A stretch of DNA of 62,893 nucleotides, counting the filler, from Phoronis australis (lineage: Eukaryota > Animalia > Phoronida), in the NCBI GenBank assembly GCA_002633005.1. It is 6 parts of 6 records of this genome, joined end to end, with 100 filler letters (N's around TTAATTAATTAA, not from the genome) between each part and the next. Parts side by side here need not be neighbours in the genome. Positions count along the whole stretch, not along the records: positions 1 to 30,634 come from NMRA01001123.1; 5 more parts are not named here. One strand, given 5' to 3'. The position numbers and the translations under genes are program-made. The stretch's first letter is position 1; each line of letters starts with the position of its first letter. The notes under the pieces were generated by a model that was not told where the DNA came from, did not search any database, and worked only from the letters and a program-made list of their open reading frames with translations. Below are positions 1 through 12,129 of the stretch, one piece after another.

Positions 1-97
1 TCTCGTAGCGTATACGTACAGTACAATGCGGTTTGTTGAACGTGCGATTATTGCGCGTGCTCATTTAAGTATTATAGTTTCACTCTTGATGACGTCA

Positions 98-170
98 GCT
101 GCTGCGTGGTGTAGTGGTTAAGGTCGGCGACCAGCAAACTCAAGGTTCCGGGATCGACTCCGTCCTCGGT
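98..170 (+). pseudogene. tRNA-derived sequence (SINE head or tRNA pseudogene)
   Basis: A-box-like TGGTGTAGTGG (107-117) and B-box-like GGATCGACTCC (151-161) at tRNA spacing; no convincing acceptor stem. Confidence 0.5.
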
Positions 171-498
171 TTCCCGCCAAATCGTTATCTCACTAGTGAG
201 ATAACTTTATGGGTTATTACACGGTTGTATCTGTCATTTGACGCCAATATTGTGGTATAATAGACACTTATCTTGATTTCGCCCAAAAGTAGAGTAGAAA
301 ATGCCAAACTTAATTTTGAGTTCCATTTCGAGTAAAAAGATTGGAGACCAGGCCCAGATTGCTTTGTACACGTCAAATTATAAAAACCGCGAATCGAAAC
401 TTGGCCAAGAAGCGCGCTAGGGCCTACATATAATATGTGGGCCTGCTCAATGAGATAAATATAACTACACATACATGTGTACAGCTCATTGTGCCTGT

Positions 499-2447
499 TA
501 CTCTGGCAAATGAACACTGATGACACGCACGCGCTCGCTCACTCGGTGCATACCTGTTGACTCACTTCAATACAAACGTCACGCAACAACATATGTGTTT
601 GTCCAGATTTTTCTCGTTGCGGGGTGCGATCTAGCGCACTTTTTTATTTAATCTGCTTTTAATCCCGACTCCGAGTCCACTGGAACTTAGAATCTTAGGA
701 AAGGCTATTTGGAAAACTTAAGGAGGATTTCAGGTAATTTGAGTCGAAACTATTTTTACTCAAGAATTCAAGTTGTCCTATCGACGATCGCGAAGCAGCG
801 ACGCATCACTGAGTTGCCTGAGAACACGAAATTGCTGTTTTGCTCATTTTAAATAGCCTGGCTGCATTTGCGGTAGTCGATTAACATTCTCCAGTTTCAT
901 AAATTGACGAGACTCCATTTTCTTTCTTGTTTCAACGTGCTCAAACAGGCTTGTTAAAGATACTAGTTCCGTTTCATTTTTGTTATGAAACGGATCTTTA
1001 CACAAAATAAACTGCATTTAAGACAGACTTTTATCTAATTATTTTTATTCTTTTGTGTGGTGTACCAAGAAAAGATGGATACCTGGGAAGTGTCAATCGA
1101 AATTTGAATGTTGCGGAGGTACAATATGAACTTGGAATCTCGCTTACTCTCAAGATCGGACATTGGCTTATGTAAACCTGGAATAACGGAGAAAACCTGG
1201 CGTCTTCAATCAAATAATCACGTTAACGTTACTATAATTCGTTAACGCGTAAATGCGTGATCGCGGGGATCAATAATTACAAAAATTCTCTACATTGAAC
1301 AAAAATTTTACCCGATTTCTTTAATGTGTATTTAATTCCAAGGTCACGCATACCTGATCTTCAGATTAAGCAAAATTCAAGTTCACGCACATCAAGTAAG
1401 TTCTGGAAGGCGTTCGGCAGAAGATAGCTCCGTCCTTCGTTGAAACAACTGCTAAGCGTCCATGAGTTGACTATTACCGCGGCCGTAAATGTTTAATTGA
1501 AGATTAGTTTGAACGCCGGCTGTTATACATTCTCAGTTGGCAAAGATTAGGTACAGGTAAGTCATCAACAGACTTCGACGAGGCGCCACTTGTGTTAACC
1601 TCAGTTTTTGGACATGACAGCGTTTTCCCGTTCAGTGACCTTACCAGACGAAGGGGGTTCTGAGCGTGTGATAACATCTAGCTTCTTTGTTAACTGCCAA
1701 GCACAGTCTTTTGTCTGTTATGACAACAGGCACGCCAATTATCTACCAGGTTTATTACAGAGCACGTGTGAAGACCGTCAAACCCAGAGCGAATTGATAC
1801 ATTCCGAAAGAATAGATCAGTTATCGTAACTTCGGTTGCAGTTGGGCGATTTTGGCGATTCAAAAACTAAACATGATCACCATTTGACGAGGATTTCAGA
1901 AGTGCTATTGGTTTATGTTCAAATTTGTTATGACTTAATTTTTATTTTTAACAGCAAGCCCCGTCAGGTTAGATACGATCTTATTGAAGATTAGAGCAAT
2001 TATCGTACAAAAGAGAGCTGGCCCAAAATATTATTATTTACTTTCTACAAAATTGTGGTGCATTGCTATCAAAATTCGTTGTTAAATTACGATCATTTTT
2101 CAGAAAATTGTGCTGAAATGCCAGGGCGAAATATCGCCGACATATGCGTTGCTGCTGGTCTCGATAGGGTTTGAATTCTTGAATAACAATACAGTTTCGA
2201 CTCAACAAATTACCTGAAATCCTCCTCAAGTTTTCCAAATAGCGTCTCTTAAGATTTTTAAGTTCTTGTGGAGTCTGAATTAAGTGCAGATTAAGTCCAA
2301 ATCTGCGCTAGATTGTAGCCCGCAACACGAGAAAAATCTCTGGAGGAACACACGTTGTTGTCACGTGACGTTTGTTTAGAAATGTGTAAGCGTGTATGTG
2401 ACAGTAAGCGCGCGTGTGCTTGTCATCAGTGTTCATTTTCCAGAGTG
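499..2447. mobile_element. Non-autonomous fold-back/TIR element with ~300-bp diverged inverted arms
   Basis: About 499-810 is the imperfect reverse complement of about 2140-2447, e.g. CTCTGGCAAATGAACACTGATGAC vs GTCATCAGTGTTCATTTTCCAGAG and GGAGGATTTCAGGTAATTT vs AAATTACCTGAAATCCTCC; no coding capacity. Confidence 0.65.
1615..1990 (+). repeat. Dispersed repeat; diverged inverted copy at ~3895-4295
   Basis: TTGTTAACTGCCAAGCACAGTCTTTTGTC here vs the reverse complement TTGTTAACTGCCCAGCTCAATCTTTTGTC near 4200-4228; similarity continues for ~370 bp. Confidence 0.7.
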
Positions 2448-2480
2448 AATGCCAGTGGTGGATTTAAAGGGGGGGGGGGG

Positions 2481-3188
2481 NNNNNNNNNNNNNNNNNNNN
2501 NNNNNNNNNNNNNNNNNNNNNNNNNNNNNNNNNNNNNNNNNNNNNNNNNNNNNNNNNNNNNNNNNNNNNNNNNNNNNNNNNNNNNNNNNNNNNNNNNNNN
2601 NNNNNNNNNNNNNNNNNNNNNNNNNNNNNNNNNNNNNNNNNNNNNNNNNNNNNNNNNNNNNNNNNNNNNNNNNNNNNNNNNNNNNNNNNNNNNNNNNNNN
2701 NNNNNNNNNNNNNNNNNNNNNNNNNNNNNNNNNNNNNNNNNNNNNNNNNNNNNNNNNNNNNNNNNNNNNNNNNNNNNNNNNNNNNNNNNNNNNNNNNNNN
2801 NNNNNNNNNNNNNNNNNNNNNNNNNNNNNNNNNNNNNNNNNNNNNNNNNNNNNNNNNNNNNNNNNNNNNNNNNNNNNNNNNNNNNNNNNNNNNNNNNNNN
2901 NNNNNNNNNNNNNNNNNNNNNNNNNNNNNNNNNNNNNNNNNNNNNNNNNNNNNNNNNNNNNNNNNNNNNNNNNNNNNNNNNNNNNNNNNNNNNNNNNNNN
3001 NNNNNNNNNNNNNNNNNNNNNNNNNNNNNNNNNNNNNNNNNNNNNNNNNNNNNNNNNNNNNNNNNNNNNNNNNNNNNNNNNNNNNNNNNNNNNNNNNNNN
3101 NNNNNNNNNNNNNNNNNNNNNNNNNNNNNNNNNNNNNNNNNNNNNNNNNNNNNNNNNNNNNNNNNNNNNNNNNNNNNNNNNNNNNNNN
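2481..3188. other. Assembly gap (N run)
   Basis: Run of N, immediately preceded by a hAT-MITE-like start CAGTGGTGGATTTAAAGGGGG. Confidence 0.99.
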
Positions 3189-3894
3189 CCTCAGTATGCT
3201 AAAAACGTTCGAGAATCGTTTTGGCAAGACCGATGTGTCACTCACTGAGTCGCCGGGTGAGTGGATGCGTGACCGTGGTGTTACAGCTATTTTCCGGAAG
3301 ATTCGGGGTGTAAGGGTGCGAATGTGTTCATCATTAGTGGGTCATTTTGACTAGTAAAAACACCAACTATGATTAGTTAAAAAATTTTTCTTAAAAATAA
3401 TGCAACAATTTTTCGGTATTCGAAATTTTCGGAAATTATTGCCAATATTTATTTCTTGCCGATGCAATGTTACCCGTTTCATGAATAGATAGATCCCGAC
3501 TAAATGTCATCGATGACAACCGGTAAATTATGCAGCGCGCGCTTCTTGGCCGCGTGCTAACACTGGTCGAGTTTTTTATTAGTTTTCGATTCACGGTTTT
3601 CACGTGTACAAAGAAGTTTGGATTCCTGTTGAGGCCGGAGAAGATCTGTACCGGCAAGATACAATGCAACCCTGCTGACAAGTACACTGCGTCTCAGAGT
3701 TTTCAAAGTCCAGACCATAGCGGGGCACATCCCTCGTGACGGCGACATCCCGTTGCTCCCAACTTGCTCGATTCCATAGCCCAACAACAAGTTGGGAAGT
3801 TTACCCCTGTAGCCAATATCTTACGCGACTGATAACTCCATTCTGGCTTTCATGGTTAGAGGGCCTGTGCTCTTTTGTTCGATAATTAATCTAA

Positions 3895-4295
3895 TCTCCG
3901 ATCAAATCGTATCTAGCCTGACTGGGCTGGACTGATAAGAATAAAAGTTAAGTTATGATATATTTGAGCTTAAACCAATAGCGTTTCAGAATTCCTGGTC
4001 AAATGCTGATCATGTTCCGTTTTTGAATCACCAAAATCTCCCAACTACAACAGAATTTAAGACAATCTATTCTGTCCCAACGGATTACAAACACACTGTA
4101 TTTGACTGTGTTCTGAATACGCGTTCGTAATAGCGTGCAACCACCATACGCTTCCTTTGAAGCTTGGGAGATACGTGGCCTGCTTGTTATCATATGGGAC
4201 AAAAGATTGAGCTGGGCAGTTAACAAAAGAGCAAGATATTATCGCAAGTTCAGCACCCCTCACGTCTGGAAAAGTTACTGAACGACAGAACGCTG
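3895..4295 (-). repeat. Second, inverted copy of the repeat at 1615-1990
   Basis: Reverse complement aligns by eye with 1615-1990. Confidence 0.7.
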
Positions 4296-5309
4296 TAATG
4301 CTCGCAATAGCAGCAAAACGTTTGCGTTCTTTTTGAATCGCGGCGTAAGTTTGAAGTGTATACGGACATAACGGTAAGGCTTGTGGTCTACAAATTCAGG
4401 ACTGTCGGATCTTTCAGTTGATAAATTGGCCTGGAACTGTAGGTAGGGCCTAAGGCATTTTTCGCATGTAGTTCATGGGCTGGGCGCTTACTTTAGCGAA
4501 GTCTGGAAACGCGTAGGGGCTCTTCTTGGGCATGGGCGCTTATTAGGGCAAATAGCGGCAGAATTACATACACCAACGTAGTTTAATGCACACAAATCCC
4601 ACGTCGTGCAAACCAATCGGCCATTCAACATACGTTAATCAATCCCAGTAGCCTTTGCTCAACCTAATTTCCGGACATGTGCAGTCGTTAAATCGACTGG
4701 GTTGCACCTCCGCTATAGAACACTTCGACACTGCAGTATTCGGTACCCACTATTTCTTTATTGAAACTATCCCATAAGCCGAACTTGAAATGTCTGGTGA
4801 GCTACAATTTGTCTGCGGAAAACTTGGGATACTTTACTAAAAATAGACAGTGCTCTCGTAGAACCAGAATCTATGGAACAAGCGAGAAGTAATTTGCAGA
4901 TTCAGTTAGACTGGTTAGCCAGATTGGCAAGCTGATCCCCAAAAAACAACTACTATTTGCGGTGGGTGGACATTTACCTCAAAGAGAACAATACCCTTAG
5001 GCTTTAACCTCAATTGAAGGTGTTTTAATGAGACATGATAATTATTGTCCGTTTCCAAAGGTGTTCAATGTATATTGCCCTTGTTTTTCACCGAGTCAGT
5101 ACACACGCTAAACTTTACTGAAGTTCTTATGGAGACTTTTACACTTAAAGCGTTAATACAAGTTCAGAGTTGGTAGATGGATCATGGAATAAATGTGAAT
5201 GGACGAAGAAAAGGTGAACTCGTTTTGTTATTTGAAGCTGTGAACGGACTAAAATTGGAACTCTACCCGGGCTAGACCTGAATACCGCAGGCATAGAGGG
5301 AGTGATAGT

Positions 5310-5560
5310 TAATCCCCATAAAAAGTTATCCGTTTCACAATATACAACAACTAAAATCAAATGAACTACGCACATGTGCATAAAGAGCTATAACTTATAC
5401 ATACTATGACTCTGGACACAATTTAGTCAACAAATAACTCGAACATATCCATGAAAACAACCTCGCGCTTCGCTCGACTTTCTTTATTCTGGAGCCATTT
5501 TGATGAATTTACGTGAAATCACGCCTGTTGACAAATAAAAAGTACAAGGGACAGAAATCT
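5310..5560 (+). repeat. Dispersed repeat shared with ~47220-47480
   Basis: Colinear blocks CCCATAAAAA, GAACATATCCA, GCCATTTTGA, AAATCACGCC, CAAGGGACA and ATCTT occur in both places. Confidence 0.6.
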
Positions 5561-6829
5561 TTCGAATTTCGCTTGATATCTTCCCATGCTATTTCCAAGT
5601 GTCACGCGCCAGGTCACGTCCTTCTCTCAGTCTCGCGCTAACCTTTTGCCTCATACTCACCTGGCTCAGTTGAAATACTTTGCGGTTATGGCGCGTGGGG
5701 TGGAAATGTTAACAATAATCTAAAAGTGAAGTAGGAAATCTCCGCCAAAGTCACCTGAATTCTCTTTACAATGCTTTTTCGAAGATAAATGTTTAGAAGC
5801 AGAAATGATCACTTAAAAAGATAGTAAGCGCCTTTTTATTAGTTTTAAGTGTAGAACGCATTTTTAACAAGGTGAAAACTTAAAGGGTGAGCGGATTTCG
5901 CTTACCGCCAGCTTAAAGCACACGGGACGAAATTAGTTCAGAACGTGATGGAACATATTATAGTGCGAATCTGACTCATTTGCCATAACATTGAGGCTTA
6001 TTTGGCATTCTACACACTAAAAATTAAGAACTCATAGTAAACTGAACAGAATACACTCTGCTACCGTGTCGGGCAAATGGCCAAACGACAATTTTGTCCT
6101 ACTTCCGGTGATGTCACAGTTAAGTGTCTCACATAATCTCGCATTATTGTTATTAAGGAGGCACAGAACAGTTCTCACTGGGTTTTGGCCAACAAAACAC
6201 ACACCACTTGATTTGTCACCTTTTCTTCACTCTGTTAAAAACAGGATGCAAAGAATGACATGTTTTCAATTATTTCACATAAAAAGCCCTGCAGATGAGG
6301 GCAGAAACTTTATTCTCTTTTGTATTTTTGACACTTTCAATCCCACTGAAAACCAAGCTAGACTTAAGAAAAATAGGGACAAAAAAGCAAAATCGGCACA
6401 TTTCACCCCAAAAACACCACTTCCCTGCCGATATACGACTAAAACCAACAATAGATTCTGAAAGAAAATTTCCTACAGATTCCGAAAATGTGGTCTAAAG
6501 GTACTGCCAACCAACTAAATTTTTGGCAATTCTTGCTTGTTTGAGGGCTACCTAAAATCACAGCCAATTTCTCAGTCGCTAACCAGCAATGCACAATTGC
6601 AGCCGGGGGCCGCTATCTTGAAGACGAGTGCAGCTACAGCCAAGAAAGTGGCCTTTTTATCCACAGCATGTTCACAAATACAAACAAACCACATTCACTG
6701 AGACTACGTGCAATGCACACCTAAAAAATGCCACCAAACTTGGCCTACCCCAAAATTTTAATATATTGTGGGAGCAAATTGGCCGCAGCTGCAGCCTAAC
6801 TATATAGTGCCACCATGCGGATCTCCCTA

Positions 6830-9048
6830 TTTTTTCATTAGCCCATTAGTCAATGGGGACCTACCCAATTTTTTCATTAGGCAATCGGTCGATACTGACC
6901 TGCCCCTTTTTTCAGTAGGCGATGAGTCAAAACTGACCTGTCCATTTTTCAGTAGGCCATCAGTCAATACAGTGCTGCAAATTTTTTCATTAGGCCATAA
7001 GACCATATGGACCTGCCCAATTTTTCATTAGGCCATCAGTCAATATGGATCTGTCCATTCTTTCATTAGGCCATCGGTCGATATAAACATGTCCATTTTT
7101 TCATTAGTCCATCAGTCAATACGGATCTGCCTATTTTTTCATTAGCCCATTAGTATAAGAGGATTTGTCCATTTTTTTATTGGACCACTGTGCGGACTTG
7201 CCCATTTTAAATTAGGCCATCAGTTTAAGCAGACCTACAATTTTTATTCATTATGCCATCATTCGGTACGGACCTGTCCATTTTTCAGTAGGCCATCAGT
7301 CGGTACGGACCTGTCTAATTTTTCATTTGGCCATCAGTCAATATAGACCTGCCCAATTTTCATTTGGCTATCAGTCGATATGAACCTGTCCATTTTTTCA
7401 TTAGTCCATCAGTTGATTCGAACCTGCCCATTTTTTCATTAGGCCATCACTCGATATGAACCTGTCCATTTTTTCATTAGTCCATCAGTCGATACGGATG
7501 TGCCCAATTTTTCATTGGGCCATTAGTCGATACGGACCTGTCCTTTTTATTAGACCATTAGTCAATACGAACCTGTCCATTTTTTCATTAGGCAATCGGT
7601 CAATACGGATCTGCCTATTTTTTCATTAGCCCATTAGTAAAAGAGGACCTGTCCATTTTTTCATTGGGCCACTGTGCGGACCTGCCCATATTAAATTAGG
7701 CCATTAGTCAAAACAGACCTACCCTTTTTTCATTATGTCATCAGTCGATATGGACCTGTCCATTTTTCAGTAGGCCATCAGTCAATACAGTCCTGCCAAT
7801 ATTTTCATTAGGCCATCAGTCGATACGGACCTGTTCATTTTTTCATTAGACCATAAGTCAATATAGACCTGCCCATTTTTCATTAGGTCATCAGTCAATA
7901 TGTACCTGTCCATTTTTTCATTAGTCCATCAGTCGATACGGACCTGCCCATTTTTTCATTAGGTCATTGGTCGATACAGACCTGCCGATTTTTTCAATAG
8001 GCGATTAGTCAAAACTGTCCTGCCAAATTTTTCATTAGGCCATCAGTCGATATGGACCTGTCCATTTTTTCATTAGTCAATCAGTTGATACGAACCTGTC
8101 AATTTTTTTCTTTAGGCCATCAGTCGATATGGACCTGTCCTTAGTTATTAGGTTATAAGTCAATATGGACCTGTCCATTTTTTCATTAGTCAATCAGTCG
8201 ATACGGACCTGACAGTTTTTTCTTTAGGCCATTAGTCGATACGGATGTGCCCAATTTTTCATTGGGCCATCAGTCGATTTGGACCTTTCCTTTTTATTAT
8301 ACCATTAGTCAATATGGACCTGTCCATTTTTTCATTAGGCAATCAGTCAATACGGATCTGCCTTTTCTTTCATTAGCCCATTATTAAAAGAGGACCTGTC
8401 CATTTTTTCACTGGGCCACTGTGCGGACCTGCCCATATTAAATTAGGCCATTAGTCAAAACAGATCTACCCTTTTTTTCATTATGTCATCAGTCGATACG
8501 GACCTGTCCATTTTTTGTTAGGCCATCAGTCAGTTAGGACCTGTTCATTTTTTCATTACACCATCAGTCAATATAGACCTGCCCATTTTTCATTAGGCCA
8601 TCAGTCGATATGGACCTGTCAATTTTCTCATTAGGCCATCAGTCAATATGGCGCTGTCAATATTTTCATTAGGCCATCAGTCGATATGGCCCTGTCCATT
8701 TTTTCATTAGGCCATCAGTCAATATGTACTTGTCCACTTTTTCATTAGTCCATCAGTCGATACGGACCTGCCTGTTTTTTCATTAGGTCATCGGTCGATA
8801 CGGACCTGCCCATTTTTTCAATAGGCGATTAGTCAAAACTGACCTGCCTAAATTTTTATTAGGCCATCAGTCGATATGGACCTTTCCATTTTTTCATTAG
8901 TCAATCAGTCGATACGAACCTGTCAATTTTTTCATTAGGCCACTGTGCGAACCTGCCCATTTTAAATTAGGCCATTAGTTTAAGCAGACCTACCTTTTTT
9001 ATTCCTTATGCCATCAGTCGGTACGGACCTGTCCATTTTTCAGTAGGC
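6830..9048 (+). repeat. Tandem array of ~38-bp units (approx. 55-60 copies) with higher-order blocks
   Basis: Consensus ATGGACCTGTCCATTTTTTCATTAGGCCATCAGTCGAT repeated head-to-tail; a variant block containing CCACTGTGCG recurs at ~7185, 7670, 8417 and 8940. Confidence 0.95.
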
Positions 9049-9049
9049 N

Positions 9050-9420
9050 TGGCGTCCACCCCTCTATCAACCAAACCGCTCTAATTATGATTGTGAAAAT
9101 TGGCATGTATGTTCTTACTATGAAGAGGACTGTTGACACTGAATTTCCCATTCTTACTGTTTTCGAGTCACCTTTTGGGCGTCCGTCCCTCTGTTAAACA
9201 AAACACTATTAGAATGATTGTGAAAATTGGCAGGTACGTTCTTACTACGAAGAGGATGGTTGACGGTGATTTCCCGATGCCTTCAACTACTGTGACGCCT
9301 CCTTGTGACAGTTTTTTTTACCATTTTCTTTTTTGTCCTTCATTGATTGTGATGAAATTTGGCAAATACAATTCTATTAATGAAGTGAGATACCTTTTCA
9401 TTTTCAGATGGATTTGATGC
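9050..9420 (+). repeat. 2-3 diverged ~127-bp units resembling internal repeats of Helentron-associated elements
   Basis: GGCGTCC..ATGATTGTGAAAATTGGCA..GTTCTTACTA.GAAGAGGA repeated at 9051 and 9178; third partial unit TGATGAAATTTGGCA at ~9350. Confidence 0.55.
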
Positions 9421-11319
9421 AGTGTACATCTAGTGGCCAGCTCGTTAAAATCATGTAATCTATTTATTTCTGGTCTTGGAATGCATTTTCGTTTCAGTTT
9501 TTGGAAGGGTGACAGTGCTATTTAACTTAAATCACGTTGCACTTCAGGTTTCTACGTCTCTCTGTATGATTTTGCTGTGTTGTGTGATTATTTTTTCATG
9601 CTATTATGTGTACTATGGAATTTCAGTTTGTTGCTGAGACATTAGAAAAGCCTACATGTGTCGCGTTGCTGTTATGAAATATTTGACTGTAATGTCCAGT
9701 TGACATTATTATCTTCTCAGAATGAACCTTGACAGACATGACTATGTAGTAGTGCACACAGGTCTTCTTCCCAATTCGCTAAGAACTGTGCCTGCCAACT
9801 AGAGTGACACATCAAAGACAGTGGTGACTGGTGCAGAGTGATGGCAACTGGAGAAGTAGCTGTCTTCCTAGTCATCATGGATATCGTCCTTGGAAAGCTC
9901 ATTGTGGTCCTCATTTCTACGATGCTGAATAAAGATCCTGATGATTTCTGCGACAGTATCCTTTTACACATGAGTTTCCTCTCTCTTGTACCTCTGAGCA
10001 TTAAGGCACACATACCATTTATTTTAATTTCAAGTATCTACTCCAATATCATTTTTCTCTGTCTTGTATCTCTGAAGATGGAAATACACATGTATTTCAA
10101 TAATGTTTTGAAAGGGATAGACTGCATATGTGTGTGTGTGTATCTGTGCGCGTGTGTCAGTGTGTGCATGTGCCTTTGTACTGTGTGGTTTGCTATACAT
10201 AGGTGTGTGCTCGAGTGAGTGCAGTCACATGTGCCTATTCATGTTAGAGTCAAATTTAACAGCGAGTTTATGTTTTTCAGGATGAACAAAGACCCAGATG
10301 TTGTGACTGACAATGTGTCTAAGAATGAAGACCAAAAGGAAGATCGCAGCGTGAGTAGTGGCAAGATTTCAGAAAAGTGTATGAGAGGTAAAAGTGCTAA
10401 TATTAGTGTTGGCATGATGCCTGCTCTTTTGAAAGGTTTTAATGTGAATGAATGTGGAAGAAACACTTCAAATGAATAAATATTAGTATCTAATTATGAG
10501 ACCTGTAAGGAAGTGAATCAACGTAGTGACTCTGAAGTGCTTATGACTGAAGCTGTGGCAAAGTATTTTCATTTTCAAGAAGAACGTTCTAGTGAGAAAA
10601 AACAACAAAAAACTCAAAAAGAAAACTTGACCACCGCTGTCCAAAGAAAACGAGCATATCACGGAATTGACCAACAGGAGATGAAAATGGAAATTTCAAC
10701 TAAACAAAGTAAAAAAGAGAAAGATGCTTTAAGAAAGAGGCTAAAACGATTGGATCCTGAAAATAGAGCAATAGAAAACAAGCGCAGAATTGAAATGAGA
10801 AAAACTAGGCACAAAGATGTCCAAGTTAATGATCACCAGATGGATGCTGTAAGGAAAAGACTAAAGAGAAAGAATGAAGATTACAAAGCCAAAGAAAATA
10901 TGTGCAAGCAGAAAATGCGACGTTTAAATCCTATGCACAAAGTGAAAGAAAGTGATAGGAAGAAGAGACAAAGGTCGAATCCTGTTCAGAATGCAACGGA
11001 AAACGCTCAAAGAGTTGAAAGGAGATCAAATCCTGTGTATAGAGCTAAAGAAAATGTAAGAGGAACTATAAGTAAACAAAATATGCGATCTGATTCTTTT
11101 AAGAAAGCAAAGGAAAACGCTCAAAGAGTTGAAAGGAGAGCAAATCCTGTGTATAGAGCTAAAGAAAATGTAAGAGGAACTATAAGTAAACATAATATGC
11201 GATCTGATTCTTTTAAGAAAGCAAAGGAAAATAAAGTAGGAAGTTTAAGTAAATGGAAGCTGCGATCTGATCCTATTACAAAAACAAAAGAGAATGCACG
11301 CAGAGTTGAAAGGAGATCA

Positions 11320-12070
11320 GACCCTGTGTCTAGAGCAAAAGAAAATGCACAAAGAAGTTTAAGTAGACAAAATCTGCGTTCAGATCCTGTTAAAAAAGCA
11401 AAAGAAAATGAACAAGAAAGATTGAGTAGACGGAATCTGCGTTCTGATCCTGTTAAAAAAGCAAAAGAAATGAACAAGAAAGATTGAGTAAACGGAATCT
11501 GCGTTCTGATCCTGTTAAAAAAGCAAAAGACAATGAACAAGGAAGATTGAGTAAACGGAATCTACGTTCTGATCCTATTAAAAAAGCAAAAGACAATGAA
11601 CAAGGAAGATTGAGTAAACGGAATCTACGTTCTGATCCTATTAAAAAAGCAAAAGACAATGAACAAGGAAGATTGAGTAAACGGAATCTACGTTCTGATC
11701 CTGTTAGAAACGCAAAAGAAAATGAACAAGGAAGAATGATTAAACGGAATCTGCGTTCTGATCCTATTAAAAAAGCAAAAGACAATGAACAAGGAAGATT
11801 GAGTAAACGGAATCTACGTTCTGATCCTGTTAGAAACGCAAAAGAAAATGAACAAGGAAGAATGATTAAACGGAATCTGCGTTCTGATCCTATTAAAAAG
11901 CAAAAGACAATGAACAAGGAAGATTGAGTAAACGGAATCTACGTTCTGATACTGTTAAGAAAACAAAAGAAAATGAACATGGAAAATTGAGTAAACAGAA
12001 ATTGCGTTCAGATCCTATTAGGAAAGCAAAAGAAAACGAACATGGAAGATTGAGTAAACGAAATTTGCGA
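11320..12070 (+). repeat. Coding minisatellite, 63-bp unit (21 aa: RSDPxKKAKxNEQGRLSKRNL), ~12 copies
   Basis: GATCCT recurs at 11508, 11571, 11634, 11697, 11760, 11823 and 11886; older degenerate units and a 114-bp duplication extend back to ~10930. Confidence 0.95.
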
Positions 12071-12129
12071 TCTAAGCCTCAACTTTTTAATGATGACGAG
12101 CTTATCAGAAGATTTCACGAAGTAATTGA

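Noticed and set aside
2355-3354. Long ORFs of 270-301 aa (also at 45037-45795)
   Set aside because: They run through N gaps and are artefacts of untranslatable bases
1608-4263. Two similar short peptides (FVNCQAQSFV / FVNCPAQSFV) suggesting a gene pair
   Set aside because: Explained by two inverted copies of a non-coding repeat; frames are not conserved beyond the short match
6830-9048. CRISPR-like array
   Set aside because: Units are head-to-tail with no unique spacers; no cas genes; eukaryotic context
10120-10230. Cys/Val-rich ORF tail
   Set aside because: Degenerate (TG)n microsatellite
11121-11917. Antisense repetitive hydrophobic ORFs
   Set aside because: Mirror of the 63-bp coding repeat on the plus strand; no independent evidence
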